64,000 nucleotides of DNA from Lytechinus pictus (lineage: Eukaryota), in the NCBI RefSeq assembly GCF_037042905.1, contig NC_087251.1, forward strand, positions 36,954,001 through 37,018,000, written 5' to 3'. Positions 37,400 to 52,300 of the stretch are shown here, one piece after another; position 1 is the first letter of the stretch; each line of letters begins with the position of its first letter. Under the pieces are notes generated by a model. It was not told the origin of the DNA and made no database searches. It saw only the letters and a list, made by a program, of their open reading frames with translations. The translations under genes and the position numbers were made by a program.

Positions 37400-40300
37400 T
37401 CATAGCTCTGTAGACAGTGGACCACTGGTTCTTGTAAACATAGACCCCTTGGCAAGATTAGGTTCAGGTCCATTGCAGTTATTCTGGTCTGGCCCTGTTA
37501 CAAGGGTGGGATCTCTGCCGGTCTTCTCCACGGGTCCAGTGATATTCTCTTTATTTGGTCCAGCGAGGTATTCCGGATTGGGTCCCATGTTCTGCATATA
37601 ATCTTGCCTGTGAGGAAAAAATGGAATGAGTCTTTCATGCAATTGTACAATAATAATATATCTCAATATATAATTTTTAAGGCACCAATTACCTAGTTAC
37701 CTATTCAATGGTGCACTATATTACCCCGGCTTCAGCTCCAGCTGCTAAAGGAGCTTGGTGCCTTTGAGGAATTAATCCTTACCTGGGTTGAGAGCAGTAT
37801 AATGTGGATCAGTTTTTGCTGAAAGAAATTACAACATGGCTGGGCTTCAAATCCACGACCCTCTGTTTAAACTTAAAGGCAAGAGTCAGAACCAACAGAC
37901 CACAACGCTCCAACAATTGTTTCGGTGGCTTGGGTCTAGTAACACAAAGTTGAGCAATCAGTTGTATGCTTGATAATATGATTAATTGTGATGATTAATT
38001 ATGTATAATCCGAAGACTCCTGGAGCTCTCAATAATGCACTGGTCAAACTCCAGAATTGTATATCAGATATAAGACAGTGGATGATAGTGAATAAGCTAA
38101 AACTAAATGACAAAAAACTTATTTTTTTGTTGCGGCCTCTACTTATAACTTGCGCAATCTTCCAAATGTTCAACTTGATGTTGATGGTACAATCATTAGA
38201 CCATCAGAAAAAATACGAAACCTCGGAGTCATATTTGATTCCCGCATGTCAATGTCGTACCATATCTCTCATATCTGTAGCACAGTCACTTTTTATTTAA
38301 GGAACATTTCTAGAATCAGAAGGTTTATTGACCAGTCTGCCTGTCACAATGCTGTTCATTCATTGGTTCTGTCTTGTATTGATTATTGCAATGGGCTCCT
38401 TTCTACAATTCCCTCTAATCAATAAATCCGTATTCAATGACTACAAAATTGGGCAGCACAATTAATTTTAAAGGTTTCCCGAGATCAACCTTCCCAACCA
38501 CTCTTTGATTCTCTTTACTGGCTTCCTTTTAAACAGAGAATTACGTTCAAATTACTCTTGATTGTCTACAAAACACTGAATAAACAGGCTCCACAGTATT
38601 TAAGTATTAAACTGCTTGAATCTGTATACACCAACTAGAGCACTTAGGTCGGCCAGTGATCACCTTCGCCTCACATATTAATTAACTCGTACATTAGCTG
38701 GTGACAGAACTTTTACGGTGTAAATGTAATCAATGTAATCATGGAGAGATTTTGTTCCCCTCAATTTTCACAGATACTCTACTCCCAAACAATCTTAATA
38801 ACCCTTGCTGTTCGCGTCCTTGTATTCATTAGCCACAAATAACAGGACAACAAAATAATAAGAAAAAATAAACAAAAACTCTTTTGAAACTCAATTGCTT
38901 GCTACAAATCATTCACATAAAATCTAAATATTTACTTATTTTAATGAATAGGGACAGTGATTTTCTATTTAAAACAAGGTGGTTCATGAACCACGAGTCT
39001 CACCTGCAATTTCATTTCAAACTTGATTTAAAATGGAAATTCGGATTTGTTATAGAAAATGTACACAGCAAAATCATGAAAAGTAAAGAACCAACACAGA
39101 TTTTCCGTTTTGATTTATCGGTAAACAGAAAATCCCTGCCCCTACAAGAAAAAGACATGAAGAAATTGAACTCACAGGAGATTGTTTCTATCAGGTCCTT
39201 GGACCGATGATTGGTCTGGTCCCTTAGCTCCGGTGGTACTGGTGTGAGATGATGGTGGGCTATATACAGGATAACTGAAATGAAAGAAGAAATGTTATCA
39301 AACATGAATACATGAATGTAAGTAATTCTAATAATTCAAATGATAATAATAACAATAAGAGTATGTAAAACACACATCAAAAAGGGCATCTTAAACTCAA
39401 ATTCTTATTAAGCTGCCTGGTTAAAAGTGAGCCATTAGCAGCGTAGGAAATAAATGAGAGCGACGGGCGATTTCGCCCTCATGAGAGCTCTAATAGCCCC
39501 TAAATTCCCCCCAAAATGCATGCTTTGGGGGCGACCATTCTTTTCAGAGTCGCCCCAAGATCTGTCACAAACAGTATTCAATATTATAGCAGAATGATAT
39601 TTGCATTTAAGGTCTACTGCATAAATGCTTGTTGCCCCTAAAAAGTAGCCCTTAAAATGAAATAAATAGCCCCCGAAATTCTGCAATCGCCCCAATGTCG
39701 TGAAAAAGATAGCTCCTTAAAAAAAATGAAAATAATTTCCTACCCTAACTACTAGTGACGTGCTCCCTTGAAACCATTAATAGTTTCACTAAATTATTTT
39801 TGTGATTTTTGTAGTGCTTGAAAAAAGCACATCCTATGCTATAAATGATGTATAAAATTTACAAACAACAATCCACACCAGTACTTGATTGAATATAGAA
39901 GGAATTCACTGATGAAAGCTCCAGAGAACAAGGAGAAAATGAGGTTTGAATGTCAGGATATACTAAAGCATGCGATGTGTACAATGGGCAATCTCTGTAA
40001 AATTTCCAAGCTGTCCCCCCCCCCCCCGCAAAAAAAAATGGTGTCAATAGTATTTCATCTTTTACTTAAATTTACAAAGTAAAATTTTGACACAATAAAA
40101 AAGGAGAAATACCCTTTCAGATTATTAACTTAATGATATTTTTGGGGCTATTTACAAAGAACCTTCCTGAGATATACTTATTGTTGGTTTTGAGTGGCTG
40201 GTAAAATCTAATGGTTCCATGACATTTGCTCCGGCGACAACTGCTCCACTGTAAATTCAATACACTATTCGAATGACCAACTTCATCCCTGGGTTAAATA

Positions 40301-43300
40301 CTATACCCTATTCTAAACCTAACCCTAAATCTAACATAAAACCCTAATTGCAACCCTATCCCTATCAGTGAAAAAAATACACGGGGGCGGCGGGCGAATT
40401 CGCCCCGGAAATGCCTAAAGTCGCCCTCGAAATCAGCCAAAATCATGCTTTCAGGGGCGACATAAAATCTGAATGTTGCCCCCGAAATTATTGCCGAGTG
40501 ATAACAACTCAACGACCCACTAGCGCCATAGATATGCTCGAGCTCCGCTTACCATTTAAAAATCATCAAAATCCACACTCGAAATCATGAATAAGCCTTG
40601 AAAATAGCGAGGAGCACAGTTTCAAATTCCGAAGTTGCGTCTTTTTTTCTGTACCACGTATTTCCACACACATGGTACCAGGTATGGAAAAAAATCAACG
40701 CGACGGTCGGGAAACAGTTGCATGTATAGGGGTCCATTATGACTACCACCATGTGCAATTTCTAATGCACATGTTTCCCCTCCAGATATCACAATTCTGT
40801 GATAAAATAATTCGAATTACACAGGAAATAAATCCCAGAGTCTAGTAACCTATCATTGGTGAGTTGTCATTCGGCTTTGCTTTTCAAAACGGCCTATTAA
40901 CATCCAAAATAACTTACCTTATTTATTAATTATAACTTAAAAATCATTTGTTTTATTTTTCTCAGGGATGTGGTAAATATCAGACAATAAATCATCAAAC
41001 AAAGCTCCATCTATTTTACAAGGCCGGCGGCAGGCGCACGCATTGGCACTTGTATTAGCTAGCCAGTCTGAGCTCTGTCTCTCTGCCAGATCTCTGGGGG
41101 ACAATTCGCTCAGTAAGGGCCTCAATGATGGTGATTTTCTTTTTCAGACAGAGTTTACATTTCAGGTATATTATTCAAAACTGCCAATAATGTTTGATGA
41201 TTTCTTCATTGTCATGTATATTTAAGTTCTTAATGAATACATTCTCACCAAATTTAGACTCCCCCATAGAGAAATGCAATTTTCATGGAGATCTGCGTTT
41301 TCAAAGAACTTCACGAAAAGTTATGGTATGTGGGCCTTTATTACATGTACATGGCCAAGTACAGGAATAGACGGAGTAGAAATTAGATATTGAATTCATT
41401 TATATCCAAGTCCAACTCACAGTCACACCCACACACACACACACACCCACACACCCAAGATTCTAAGCATGAAAAAAATAACTTAAAAAAATCATACAAT
41501 TTATATTAAACAAAAAGTAATAATTCATTAATGAGTGAACAGGTATTCCTAAAAATACAAAAAAGTAGCATTCAAAAAGAGCCCCCGCAATGCAAATAGT
41601 AGCCCCCAAAAGGTAGAAATGGAGCCCCCGAAATTTGACAAAAAATTTAAAATGGAGCCCCTGAAAAAAAAAATTATTTTTTTCCCTGATCCCTATATCT
41701 TATACAAAATAAAGCCCGGAGCAATTGTCGGCGGCGGAGCAAATGTCGTGTCACCAAATTTAACATCCTGTCTTCAGTTAAAGCTACTGTTTCCAGCACT
41801 TGGTGACTGGCTCCTGAGCACTGACGTCAAAATTAACCTGGTAATTAATTTCATGCTACAGGACCTCCGCATGAGCGGTGCGTTGGCTTAGTTGGTAAAG
41901 CATCCATCTCACAACCGGGAGGTCAGGAGTTCAAACCCCGGCCGCATCAGACAAAAAAACGTTAACAGATGGGCCCATGATCACTTTGGCAAAATGAATT
42001 TTCGGAGTATTTCTATTTCAGATTTATATTTCGAACAATAAAATATGGGTTTTCATGTTAATTTTTAAATGTTTTTATTCATGTTTATATGTTTATTTAC
42101 ATACCGGTATATAAAAGGGGTCAACAGAAGAGAAATTAAGGCACAAATTTTATTTGTAATAACATTATTCTTACTTTGATTTCACTGGTGAAGAATGAGC
42201 TTGTTTCTTGGGACCACTGAGTGTCTTCTTGGAGGGCATTGCAGATCTGAAATGAAATAAACATTTAGTTAGATAAATCGCCTTCCAGCAGGAAATGTGA
42301 TAACAATTCTTTCAAAAAATTGCAAAAGCATGCTACCAACAAATTTCATTAAAAGTGTACTCCAGGCTGAAAATATTATTTAAACAGATAAAGTAAAATC
42401 AGACAAATAAAACACTGAAAATTTCATCAAAATTGGACAAAAAATAATTAAGTTATGACATCTTAATATTATGCATTATGCAATGAGCAAGCTGATGATG
42501 TCACATTCCCCTTGTTCTTTTGTATTATATGATATTATACTTATTCAAATATTGTCCACCAAGAATGAACAAAACTTGGATTGACATCTGATGCAATGTG
42601 TAAGATAATCTTTGCTGCAACTTACTTTGTTACAAGGGAGACAATCATACTTTAGTACATATCATTTTTTTAACATACAATTTCAATTTCTAATTATTTT
42701 CAGCCCAGAGCTCCCCTTTAAATGAATTAAAAAATGTAGCAAGCAAACAAATATGAAAAGGAGGGAGGGGGTAGAGGCTGTTTCGAGTGACCAACCTAAC
42801 CTAACCAGGATAGATACAATTTCACAGGCTATAAGGTTTGAGCACAATGGTGGGCCACTCTGCAGTATTGTCTACTGGTCACTGGTATAACTTTAATCAG
42901 AAGTTTGTTGATAATAAAGAGAATGAGAAAAACATAACTAGCACTGATTGGGGAGGGGAGGGAACCCAAATGTAATTAAAATGACGGCATATGATATCAT
43001 TGTCAGTATGTTCATCAATCATAATGAATTGATCACTATTCAGACATATTCAGACACAGCATTAACATATCAAACTAAAATACACTGATATCTGCCACAC
43101 ACATCTCCTCTTATCAAATATCACACTTTCTCTTGATAATACCAGTCTATGTATCATACTTTCTATGCAGTACTTGAATGCACGAGCGCTGAAAGGCAGC
43201 TTGAGCTAAAGCCGTGGTAATAATAATAAATATCAATGCTCCTCGGAATAGATTGTTTCTAGATAGATGGCGCAATACAAATGCCTATTATTATTATCAT

Positions 43301-46300
43301 TAATACCAGTGATTATTACCAGTCTATGTACCATACTTTCTATGCAGTACTTGTATAAATCTACCTTGTACATGTACATGTAGTCAAAGTCCATCCATAG
43401 CTAAGCAATACTCCACTACAAGGACAGCTCTCTAAAAAGACATTTTATTCAAGTCAGGTCAGGAGACTCTTCTCTCTGTCCGCAATATTTACACAATTTT
43501 CCCAAATTGAGACAAATAAAAATAAAAGGCAGGAAGTAGAAAGGCGATTCCTTGATTTCATGATCGTTCACTTCAGCAAACAACTTCCTCAACAGGACTG
43601 TATATTACAATCATCAGAAAAGCTGTACCACAAAAGTGACTTAATACACATGAGACCTAACCTTTGTACCTGTTCCTTTGTGGACACACTCTTTGCCATA
43701 AAAGGCTATCATGTCAGAGAGATTTCAAAGACAAACTATCAAATAAGACAAGGTAAAAAAAAAAAAAACGAGCTGCAAGTATAGTGTTGGGAAGAGTTGA
43801 TGTTTCTTCAAAAGATACATGTATGTTTTTTAAGAATAGGTTGGATCTCTAATCAGACACGTTTCCTGTTTGGACATGCAGTGATGATGTATAAATCAAT
43901 GCATGCCATGGCATTAACACACTGAAAAAATAATTTAAATCATGTCATCTCACTACATGATCACAGTACAAGACATTCTGCAACCCTAAATTAATGCAAT
44001 ATAAGCACATACATGTACATACTCCTATAATGTCAGGAATTACAGTATGGAACCAACTTAAAAGTTCTCTTGAAATGTCACCTACTTTACAAAGTGTTAA
44101 ACACACTCTTAAATCTTTACTAACTGCAGATGAGGTGTAAATGAATTCCTTGAGTAAACATGCATATTCAACATTTAAAAAGAAACCATTCATATGTCAT
44201 TTTTTTCAAACAAGGTTTACTTTTTGGATAATTTGGTTTATGATTTTTCTTTCAAATTTACTTCATATCATTCTACGTTAGTTAAAAAAAAAATCAAAAT
44301 TCAAAAGTTTAATTAAAATCGTCAAAGTTGAATATCACATGAGTATATTTAACAAGGTTGCCAATAATAATTATTTCATACATGTTTATATTCTTCTGTA
44401 TAATTTATGTAGAAATTGTTTATTACTATGTCATAGGGGGGGGGGGGACCAGTAATCTCTTGTCTCAATCATAATGTTGGCTTTTCAGCCTACATGTATA
44501 GGGTCTAATCAAACTTAATTTATATGCCAATCATTTTGTATACATGCATGCTAAATCATTTATTGCACAGCGCCCTCTTCATTCAGATTGTGTCAATCTG
44601 GGCAGGTGCTCACATTTAATTATTATTTGAAATAAATTTTTTTTCTCGTGAGCTCTACTTCTACCCAGGTTGACACTTCTTCTTTTTAATTCTTGATTTG
44701 ATTCTAATTTAATTTGTTGTCATCTTCAACAACTATATAGTTGTATTTTACTATTTTGTAGTACATGTATGTATGTTATCTTTGTAAAGTCACATGGATT
44801 GGAAAGGAAGACCTTCGGGTTATAGTTATTTAGTTAATCTTTTTCCTTTCCCGGCATCCATGTGACTCTCCTATTCCTATTGTTTGTATATGTTGTTTAT
44901 GTATTTGATTATGCCGAATAAAATAATAATAATAATAATAATAATATATTTTTCATTACTTGTTTATTATTACTGCAATTTGTTGCCACCCTGTATAAAG
45001 ATCAGAAAAATGAATAAATGAATAAATTACGCAATAATTAAATAATAAATAAATAAATTAATTAATTGATTAATTTAAAAACATTAAAAAATAAATACAT
45101 TAATAAACATTAAAAAAATAAAAATTAGATAAATAAATAAATAAATAAAAATAAACAAATGTGAACACATGACATTGCATCTGATTGGCCAGAACAAATA
45201 AAACTGAAAATCACTATTTGCCAAAAGAAACACTCCCGTGATCCACCACTCACACATAGATAGCCCTAATATTCGAATTACATTCACTTTGTGCCTTTCC
45301 CAATACAAGCGCTGCCAATGTTCATTGTCATGGGAGGCTTGTTGGTCCACCACTATTTCCTTGGACATAGCATGCACTGTAAGAATTGAAAAATTTAAGA
45401 CATCTTTCTCCAAGGATGATGAATTCCAATCGCAGGGAAGAATAAAGATTAATCAAGAAAGCAAGCAGTAAAACCAAAGGAGATCTGTATTCTGTAGTAT
45501 TAAAATGTGGTTGGTTATCACAGTGAAAGAGAAACACTATAAAGAATGCAAAGTACTGAGTACACTGTGGTGGACCAAATATCTCAGGATTAGCAAGAAT
45601 GAGTGGTGTCTCAATTAGGGTGCAACTTACCCAAATGTCTTGTAAAATGCAGACAATTTATCTTAAAATGTAACTTACTTGGAGGCTGCCGGTTTCTTAA
45701 TGGCCATGGAGCTGCTTGCAGCTGCAGTTAATTTCTTACTGGGTGAACTCACTGCTGCACTTGTTGTAGGGCGCTTCTGAGAATCCCTGGAATCATGCAT
45801 AGTACAAAAACAAATATAAAATCATAAGAATACAAGCTAAATCTCGAGACAATTATTCACATTAAACCTGCATAAATCATTTACTAACATGCACTGTTTG
45901 GAGAAATCCTTCAGAAAATTTTTAAGTTCACACTCAGACAGCATCATAAAAAAACTTGCCTTCTATACATGCATCTGATAAGCATAGAAACACCTAGGTA
46001 AGTGATCTGCGCTATGCAAGCACCGATGTACATTAATGGATAATTTCCTTATCTTTGTTTTTTAACAAAAATTTCACCGTAACTGTAGTATAGGGAAGTA
46101 TATTCTTTGATAGCAAGCCAGCGCCGTTTTATAACAAGTGGAATGCCTCTGGCCGTCTCACCTGCATCACGCGATTCAATATAGCAGCAGTGCTGATTTT
46201 GAAAACTACTATAACTCGCACAAGATGTTCAGTGATACTTGGTTACTCTTATTTCCACGTTTTATGAACTAGACCAATACACTTATAGAGATATGATGGC

Positions 46301-49300
46301 AATTCAACAAATACCCCCAACGTGGCCAAAGTTCTTTGACCTTACATGACCTTTGACCTTGATCATGTGACCGGAAACTCGCACAGGATGTTCAGTGATA
46401 CTTGATTACTATTATGTCCAAGTTTTATGAACTAGACCAACACACTTTCAAATTTATGGCTGTAATTCAACAAATACCCCAATTTGGCCAAAGTTCATTG
46501 ACCCTAAATGACCTTTGACCTTGATCATGTGACCTGAAACTTGCACAGGATGTTCAGTAATACTTGATTACTATTATGTCCAAGTTTCATGAATCAGATC
46601 CATAAACTTTCAAAGTTATGATGGTAATTCAACAGATACCCCCAATTCGGCCAAAGTTCATTGACCCTAAATGACCTTTGACCTTGGTCATGTGATGTGA
46701 AACTCATGCAGGATGTTCAGTGATACTTGATTAACCTTATGTATAAGTTTCATGAACTAGGTCCATATATTTTCTAAGTTATGATGACATTTCAAAAACT
46801 TAACCTTAGGTTAAGATTTTGATGTTGATTCCCCCAACATGGTCTAAGTTCATTGACCCTAAATGACCTTTGACCTTGGTCATGTGACATGAAACTCAGG
46901 CAGGATGTTCAGTAATACTTGATTAACCTTATGGCCAAGTTTCATGAACTAGGTCCATATACTTTCTAAGTTATGCTGTCATTTCAAAAACTTAACCTCA
47001 GGTTAAGATTTGGTGTTGACGCCGCCGCCGCCGTCGCCGTCGGAAAAGCGGCGCCTATAGTCTCACTCTGCTATGCAGGTGAGACAAAAATCAATTCATG
47101 AAGATGATCTTAAAACAACTATGTACTAGCATTCTTGTTACGAACCACTCCAAGTCCTCAACTACAGATATCTGGACAGGTTTCTAACCTGTAATGCCAC
47201 ATTCTCAGTAGTGCACATGTAGTCTTGCCCTCTTGAATGACAACATACAATTACATTAATCTTCATATAAAACTACAATAATGGTGTAATCAAGTCGCTA
47301 AACCAGTATTTTTCCTCTCAAAAAGATTTAGTTGTATATACAAATAGGCTGAATTATTCTCTGTATTACTAGATACATGGATTATCAGAAGGTTTTTGAC
47401 TAACAAACATTTTGTCAATGAGATACCACAGTGCTGGTCAAATCGCTCCCCTTTATCACAGAAAATGTGAAACTCAAACCATGACCATAGTAGGAGTTCT
47501 CTTTCTCACGTTGTATATTCCCATCATACTGGTGTATAATGCATACCTGCCAACCTTTGATAATAAAAACTCAGTATCAAAGCTATGAGGGCACTGAGCG
47601 CCTGAGTGGGGGCGCCTCCTCCCCCCCTTCCCCTGCTCCGGTGAGTGTGGATATGTGTGTGTGTGTGTGACTGTAAGATAAACTTTGATGCAAGTAAGTT
47701 CAAGAAATTAAGTCAAGATCTAAATTCTACACCATCTTTTCAAGAACTAGCCTGGATAATATCAGTACACAATCACACACTGCTGTTTTATTCCACACAA
47801 TACTGACTTACCCCAAAAATCGGAATTGGAGTTCAAAAATCAGAAAAATTCTGCCAAAATCGGAATAGTTGGCAGGTATAATAATGGATTTCAAAGCAAG
47901 CATACAATCATATCTTAACACCAGCAAGACATCTTCTATGAATGTTATGAATGTACACATGAAATCACCTACAATATCAAGACCTTGGTCCGTAACGCAA
48001 TGGTTAACGATTAATCGCTAAATGAAATGGCCTATCAAATTCATTGTTGCATATGCACTTTGCTCACTAGACAGACTAGGAACCAATCAGAATTGCTCTT
48101 TCAAATTAGCGATTAATCGCTAACCTTTGTGTTACGGGGCCCAGCCTCTTATTCACTCATAATTCAAATCCCCCTGAAATATTTCAGAGAATCCTTCAAA
48201 TAAGAAATAAAATTCAATTCAAATAAAATTCAAAGTATTTTTCAATCTATCATGTAATTTAGCGGAAACATATCCTTCCTGGGGTGTTATAACCTCACAT
48301 GTTTTGGTTTTTTGGTTGGGGGGGGGGGCAGCTTAGAAAATGCTGTACATAGCTTTAGTAACATGGCAACGATGACATTCTTGGCAAAAGAATATTGACA
48401 TTCATGTAATTAACTCCAAAATCAAGTTTTTTCTGATCTGATCTACTAATGCATGACATTAAATCAATCAAAAGATTATCTCGATAAAACTAGGGAAATT
48501 TAATTAAAATGATTATTGTCTTTACTTACGATGTAGAGGGAGCTGTAGTACTCCTGGATGTAACAGTACTGGTGCTTGACGAGGGCCTAGACTCAGGGAA
48601 AGTCACTACTTTACCTGATTAAATAGATTTTAAAAAAAAGTTATCTTAAGACTTTGTCTATCCCTTGAGTTGCAGAGATAAAAGACTGAAATGGAGATAA
48701 ATGGCTAAAATAAACATGAATTCAATAAAATAAGAATTTTATAACATATTTCAGGCTATGAAAAGGCAAATATATCACATATGTAGTTATTGGTAGGCCT
48801 TTACAGGGATATCTGAAATGTGAAAGAAGTACAGAATTTCACTGGTCATGGGTCCTTGATGCATTAGATGTTACTTTTATCACAACTTTGGCACTTAATG
48901 TAACTTCTATGGTAGTGATGCTAAACAGCGAATCACCACTGGGTGGCAAAGTTACTATTCCTGGAACAGGGCTCTGCACTTTTAATATACAGTAACTGGA
49001 GAGTGCCTGAGCAGGGAAAATGTTCACCCCTATTATACTTTATAAATCCAGGGAATAATTTTGCTTTACAAATTTGAATAGCATTTTGGTCATTTAAGTG
49101 AAAAGCTCTCAACTAAGTAATGTACAGTCCTATGTAAAAATATGCTATACAAATTGCGATACCGGGAAAATTATTCCCTGAAATCAGTCATAGATATGAA
49201 TTTAAAAAAAGTTCCTGTTATTCTTAGATAGAAGATAGAGTAGCAATCGAAAAGACTCTCAAACATCAATCTTTCACAGACCGATATATTAAAGCAATTA

Positions 49301-52300
49301 AAATGGCTTCTTAACATGCTTTCAAGTTTAAGAAACAGATACAATTTGGGAAGGACAGAAAAGTTCAATAGAAATAGACAAAACACTCAAGCAGAATTTT
49401 AAGAGGCATGCAAAAACACGGTAAATCACAACAACAAACTAAGCAATAATTTCTCTAGAAGAGTTTGTGTCATGCAATAGCAGAATTTCATTAAATAGAT
49501 ACATAAATGAAATATTAAAGCCAAAGTATAACACAAAGACTGGAGTAAAACTACAACTATTGAAAATTAGAATGCTTGTTTTAAGATCATTAAACTTGAA
49601 ACAGATTATAAATTCATCTGAAATACATTTTAGGTTCCTATCATTTTTAAAGAGAAAAAAAGAGGCAAATAACAAAAGATTCAATTTAAGTTTGACATTA
49701 TTCAATAAGCATTAATGTTTGAAATGCTTGAAACTAAGTTTCTGCAAAAGATTTGACATCAAAATGTCTTATTTCAGGGAAATAATGGCATCTCAGGGAA
49801 ATAGCATCTCAATTAATAATTTAGTTTCATAAAATGCAAAAAAATCTTATCTGAGAAAAAAACATCTGTAATAGAGCCATCCTCTAAAGGTGTCTTCAAC
49901 ATCTATATGCAATATTTTGCATTAGATGATCAGTATACAGTAACATGTGTAACCTGTAATCATCATACAGTCTTGCATTACATAACACATCATGTCTAAC
50001 CACTGTATACTGGCCTAGTTATTACGCTTATTTGTCAGCATAAATTGTTAACACTAGTGGGGCTGCAGTGGGTTTTTTGTTTTTTGTTTTTGTTTTACTC
50101 AATTTCAAGTTATGTTATTCAATATATTAACTGGAAATCCAAACCAAATATAAAAGGCCAATCTACACTATCAGACGTCATGACCTCCTAAACATTTGTA
50201 ATCAATGTTCTCTTCCACACACAAAATGGCTGGAATTATTTTCCCCCAAAAGTTTTACTTTGAAGGATATATAATATGCTATTTATGTTCTGTTCTGATT
50301 ACTGCTTACATTCGTCTCCAAGTTTGCCAGGGAATTAAGTACCTATTTACACTGACCCCTTTTCTACAGAAGCAATATAGTAAAGCTAGAGGGGTTGCAT
50401 ATTTTAAAAACATTTCTTATCTCAATATATTACATACATCAACCACTCTAGAAACTTGCTTAAGGTTTTGAAGTACCTGTCTTTCAAATAATGACTGTAA
50501 CCTTTGACATACATGTAGTTGTTAGAACCTTACAATAACTACTGCTGGGCTCCGTCTTACATAGAATTACGATTGATCTAATTAACCTCAACTATATGGA
50601 AATCCATCAATGTCATAATTTTTATCAAAGAAAATTTGCACAATGTCCTACGTGTATACAAAGAGGATCACACTGAATTTTCAAGAAAACTTTCAATGTA
50701 TGAATATACAACAAATCTAGAAAACATGAGGAACATGCTTTTTAGATGATGACATTGCTGGTTTTCCATAGTTGTGGTTGATTTGATAAATCATAACTCT
50801 TTGCAAGACAGGCCCTGATCTTAACCAACTCCACACTGATTGATTTCATGTAATACTGGAAATAATGCAATCGCTTTGATCGTTTTTTTTTTTATGTGAT
50901 TGTGGCACAGGAGTTTGTCCACACTTGGATCTGGTGTCTATTGTCCTTACTGATAGCTACATGCCGTTTAATCTTGACCAAAGTCGTCACATTGAAAAAA
51001 ACATCCCCCCCACCAAATCATAAAAATTCCTTTCTAAATTGATGACAAAAAATAAGAAAAGACCTAATAAAATCAAAAGATAATGCTATTGTATTCATTA
51101 AAAAATCTCTCTCAGCTCTCACATTCAAATCAAATCTTTGACATAACTGAGTCATTCCACACAAATCTGTAGCTTTAGGAAAACTGCTGTTATCAAGAGG
51201 ATACTTTAGAACATTCTCATTAGAGAAAAAGTAGCTCAAAGAAACTTTCTTCCATTAGCTATCACCATAGCAACAATTAGATGCATGATGCAAGGGTTAG
51301 TCACATGATGATGATAATGATGATGATGACGACGATGATGATAATGCAAGCTAAGCCTACTACACAAGAGATGAAGAAGGTTTACACAGTGGTGACAACA
51401 CTGTTGGTAATAACAAAAGTCAAACTATGTTAAAGGGAACAATTTCAACACTTTTTGCTCACTACGCTGTCCACTATCTGATCAGCCATCACATACATGC
51501 CTATCTATTGGAATTCCTTTGTTTGTAAGCAAAGAATATTCAATTCGCAATTTGACGCCAGATAAAACACAACTTAAGTGATATCCACCAGTTACATTTT
51601 TATTTCACAAATAATCTGAGACTATGGTTACATGTAACATTGCCTGTGGGGTTACAGAAATTTGTTCGACTTCAGAGAAATTCAACTATTTTTGGCATAA
51701 ACTGGTCTAAAAATTGGCTTTGACTTGGGTAGATATTTGACTTATGGAAGGTCGAATTATGCAAATTTCCCGGTTTATATACTACATAGTATGTTCATAT
51801 AGTAGATATGGCTATGCAATTTACTTTATGGTCTGGAAAGTGTATATACACAGACAAACACAGAACACTGCCATCTGCAATCATAATTAAAATAATCAAT
51901 ATCTACTCCAATGATAAAAAGGACTTTGCATTTAACATCTTTGCTAATAAAACAAAACTCTGCAGTATGCAATCATGATAACAAGAATCAATATCCACTC
52001 CATGGATAAAAAGGATTTTGCATTTAACATCTTTGCTAATCAATAAAAACTCTGCAGTTTACATCATAATAAAAATAATGAATATCTATCTGCTTCAGAA
52101 GACATTCAATTAAAAAAAGTTGATAGGATACATGTGTGTGGTGGCAGGTCAGATATAAACCAATAGCTAGAAGGACGTTAGTGACTAAATGCCCTTCTGC
52201 TTCTAACAAACACAGAGGACACAAGTAAGCAATGAGACTTGCTTGAGTCGGCTTGTTCCGTCGTGACACTATTGGTGGTCGATGTCTTGGGGAAAGTAAC

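Noticed and set aside
40300..40365. Telomere-like CCCTAA repeats
   Set aside because: Degenerate and internal to a MITE; not a telomeric array.
41873..41950. tRNA-Val-like gene
   Set aside because: Stems are imperfect and no clean poly-T terminator follows, so a SINE head is more likely. tRNAscan-SE would settle it.
51860..52090. Short ~72-bp tandem triplication
   Set aside because: Ordinary intronic local duplication with no sign of function.
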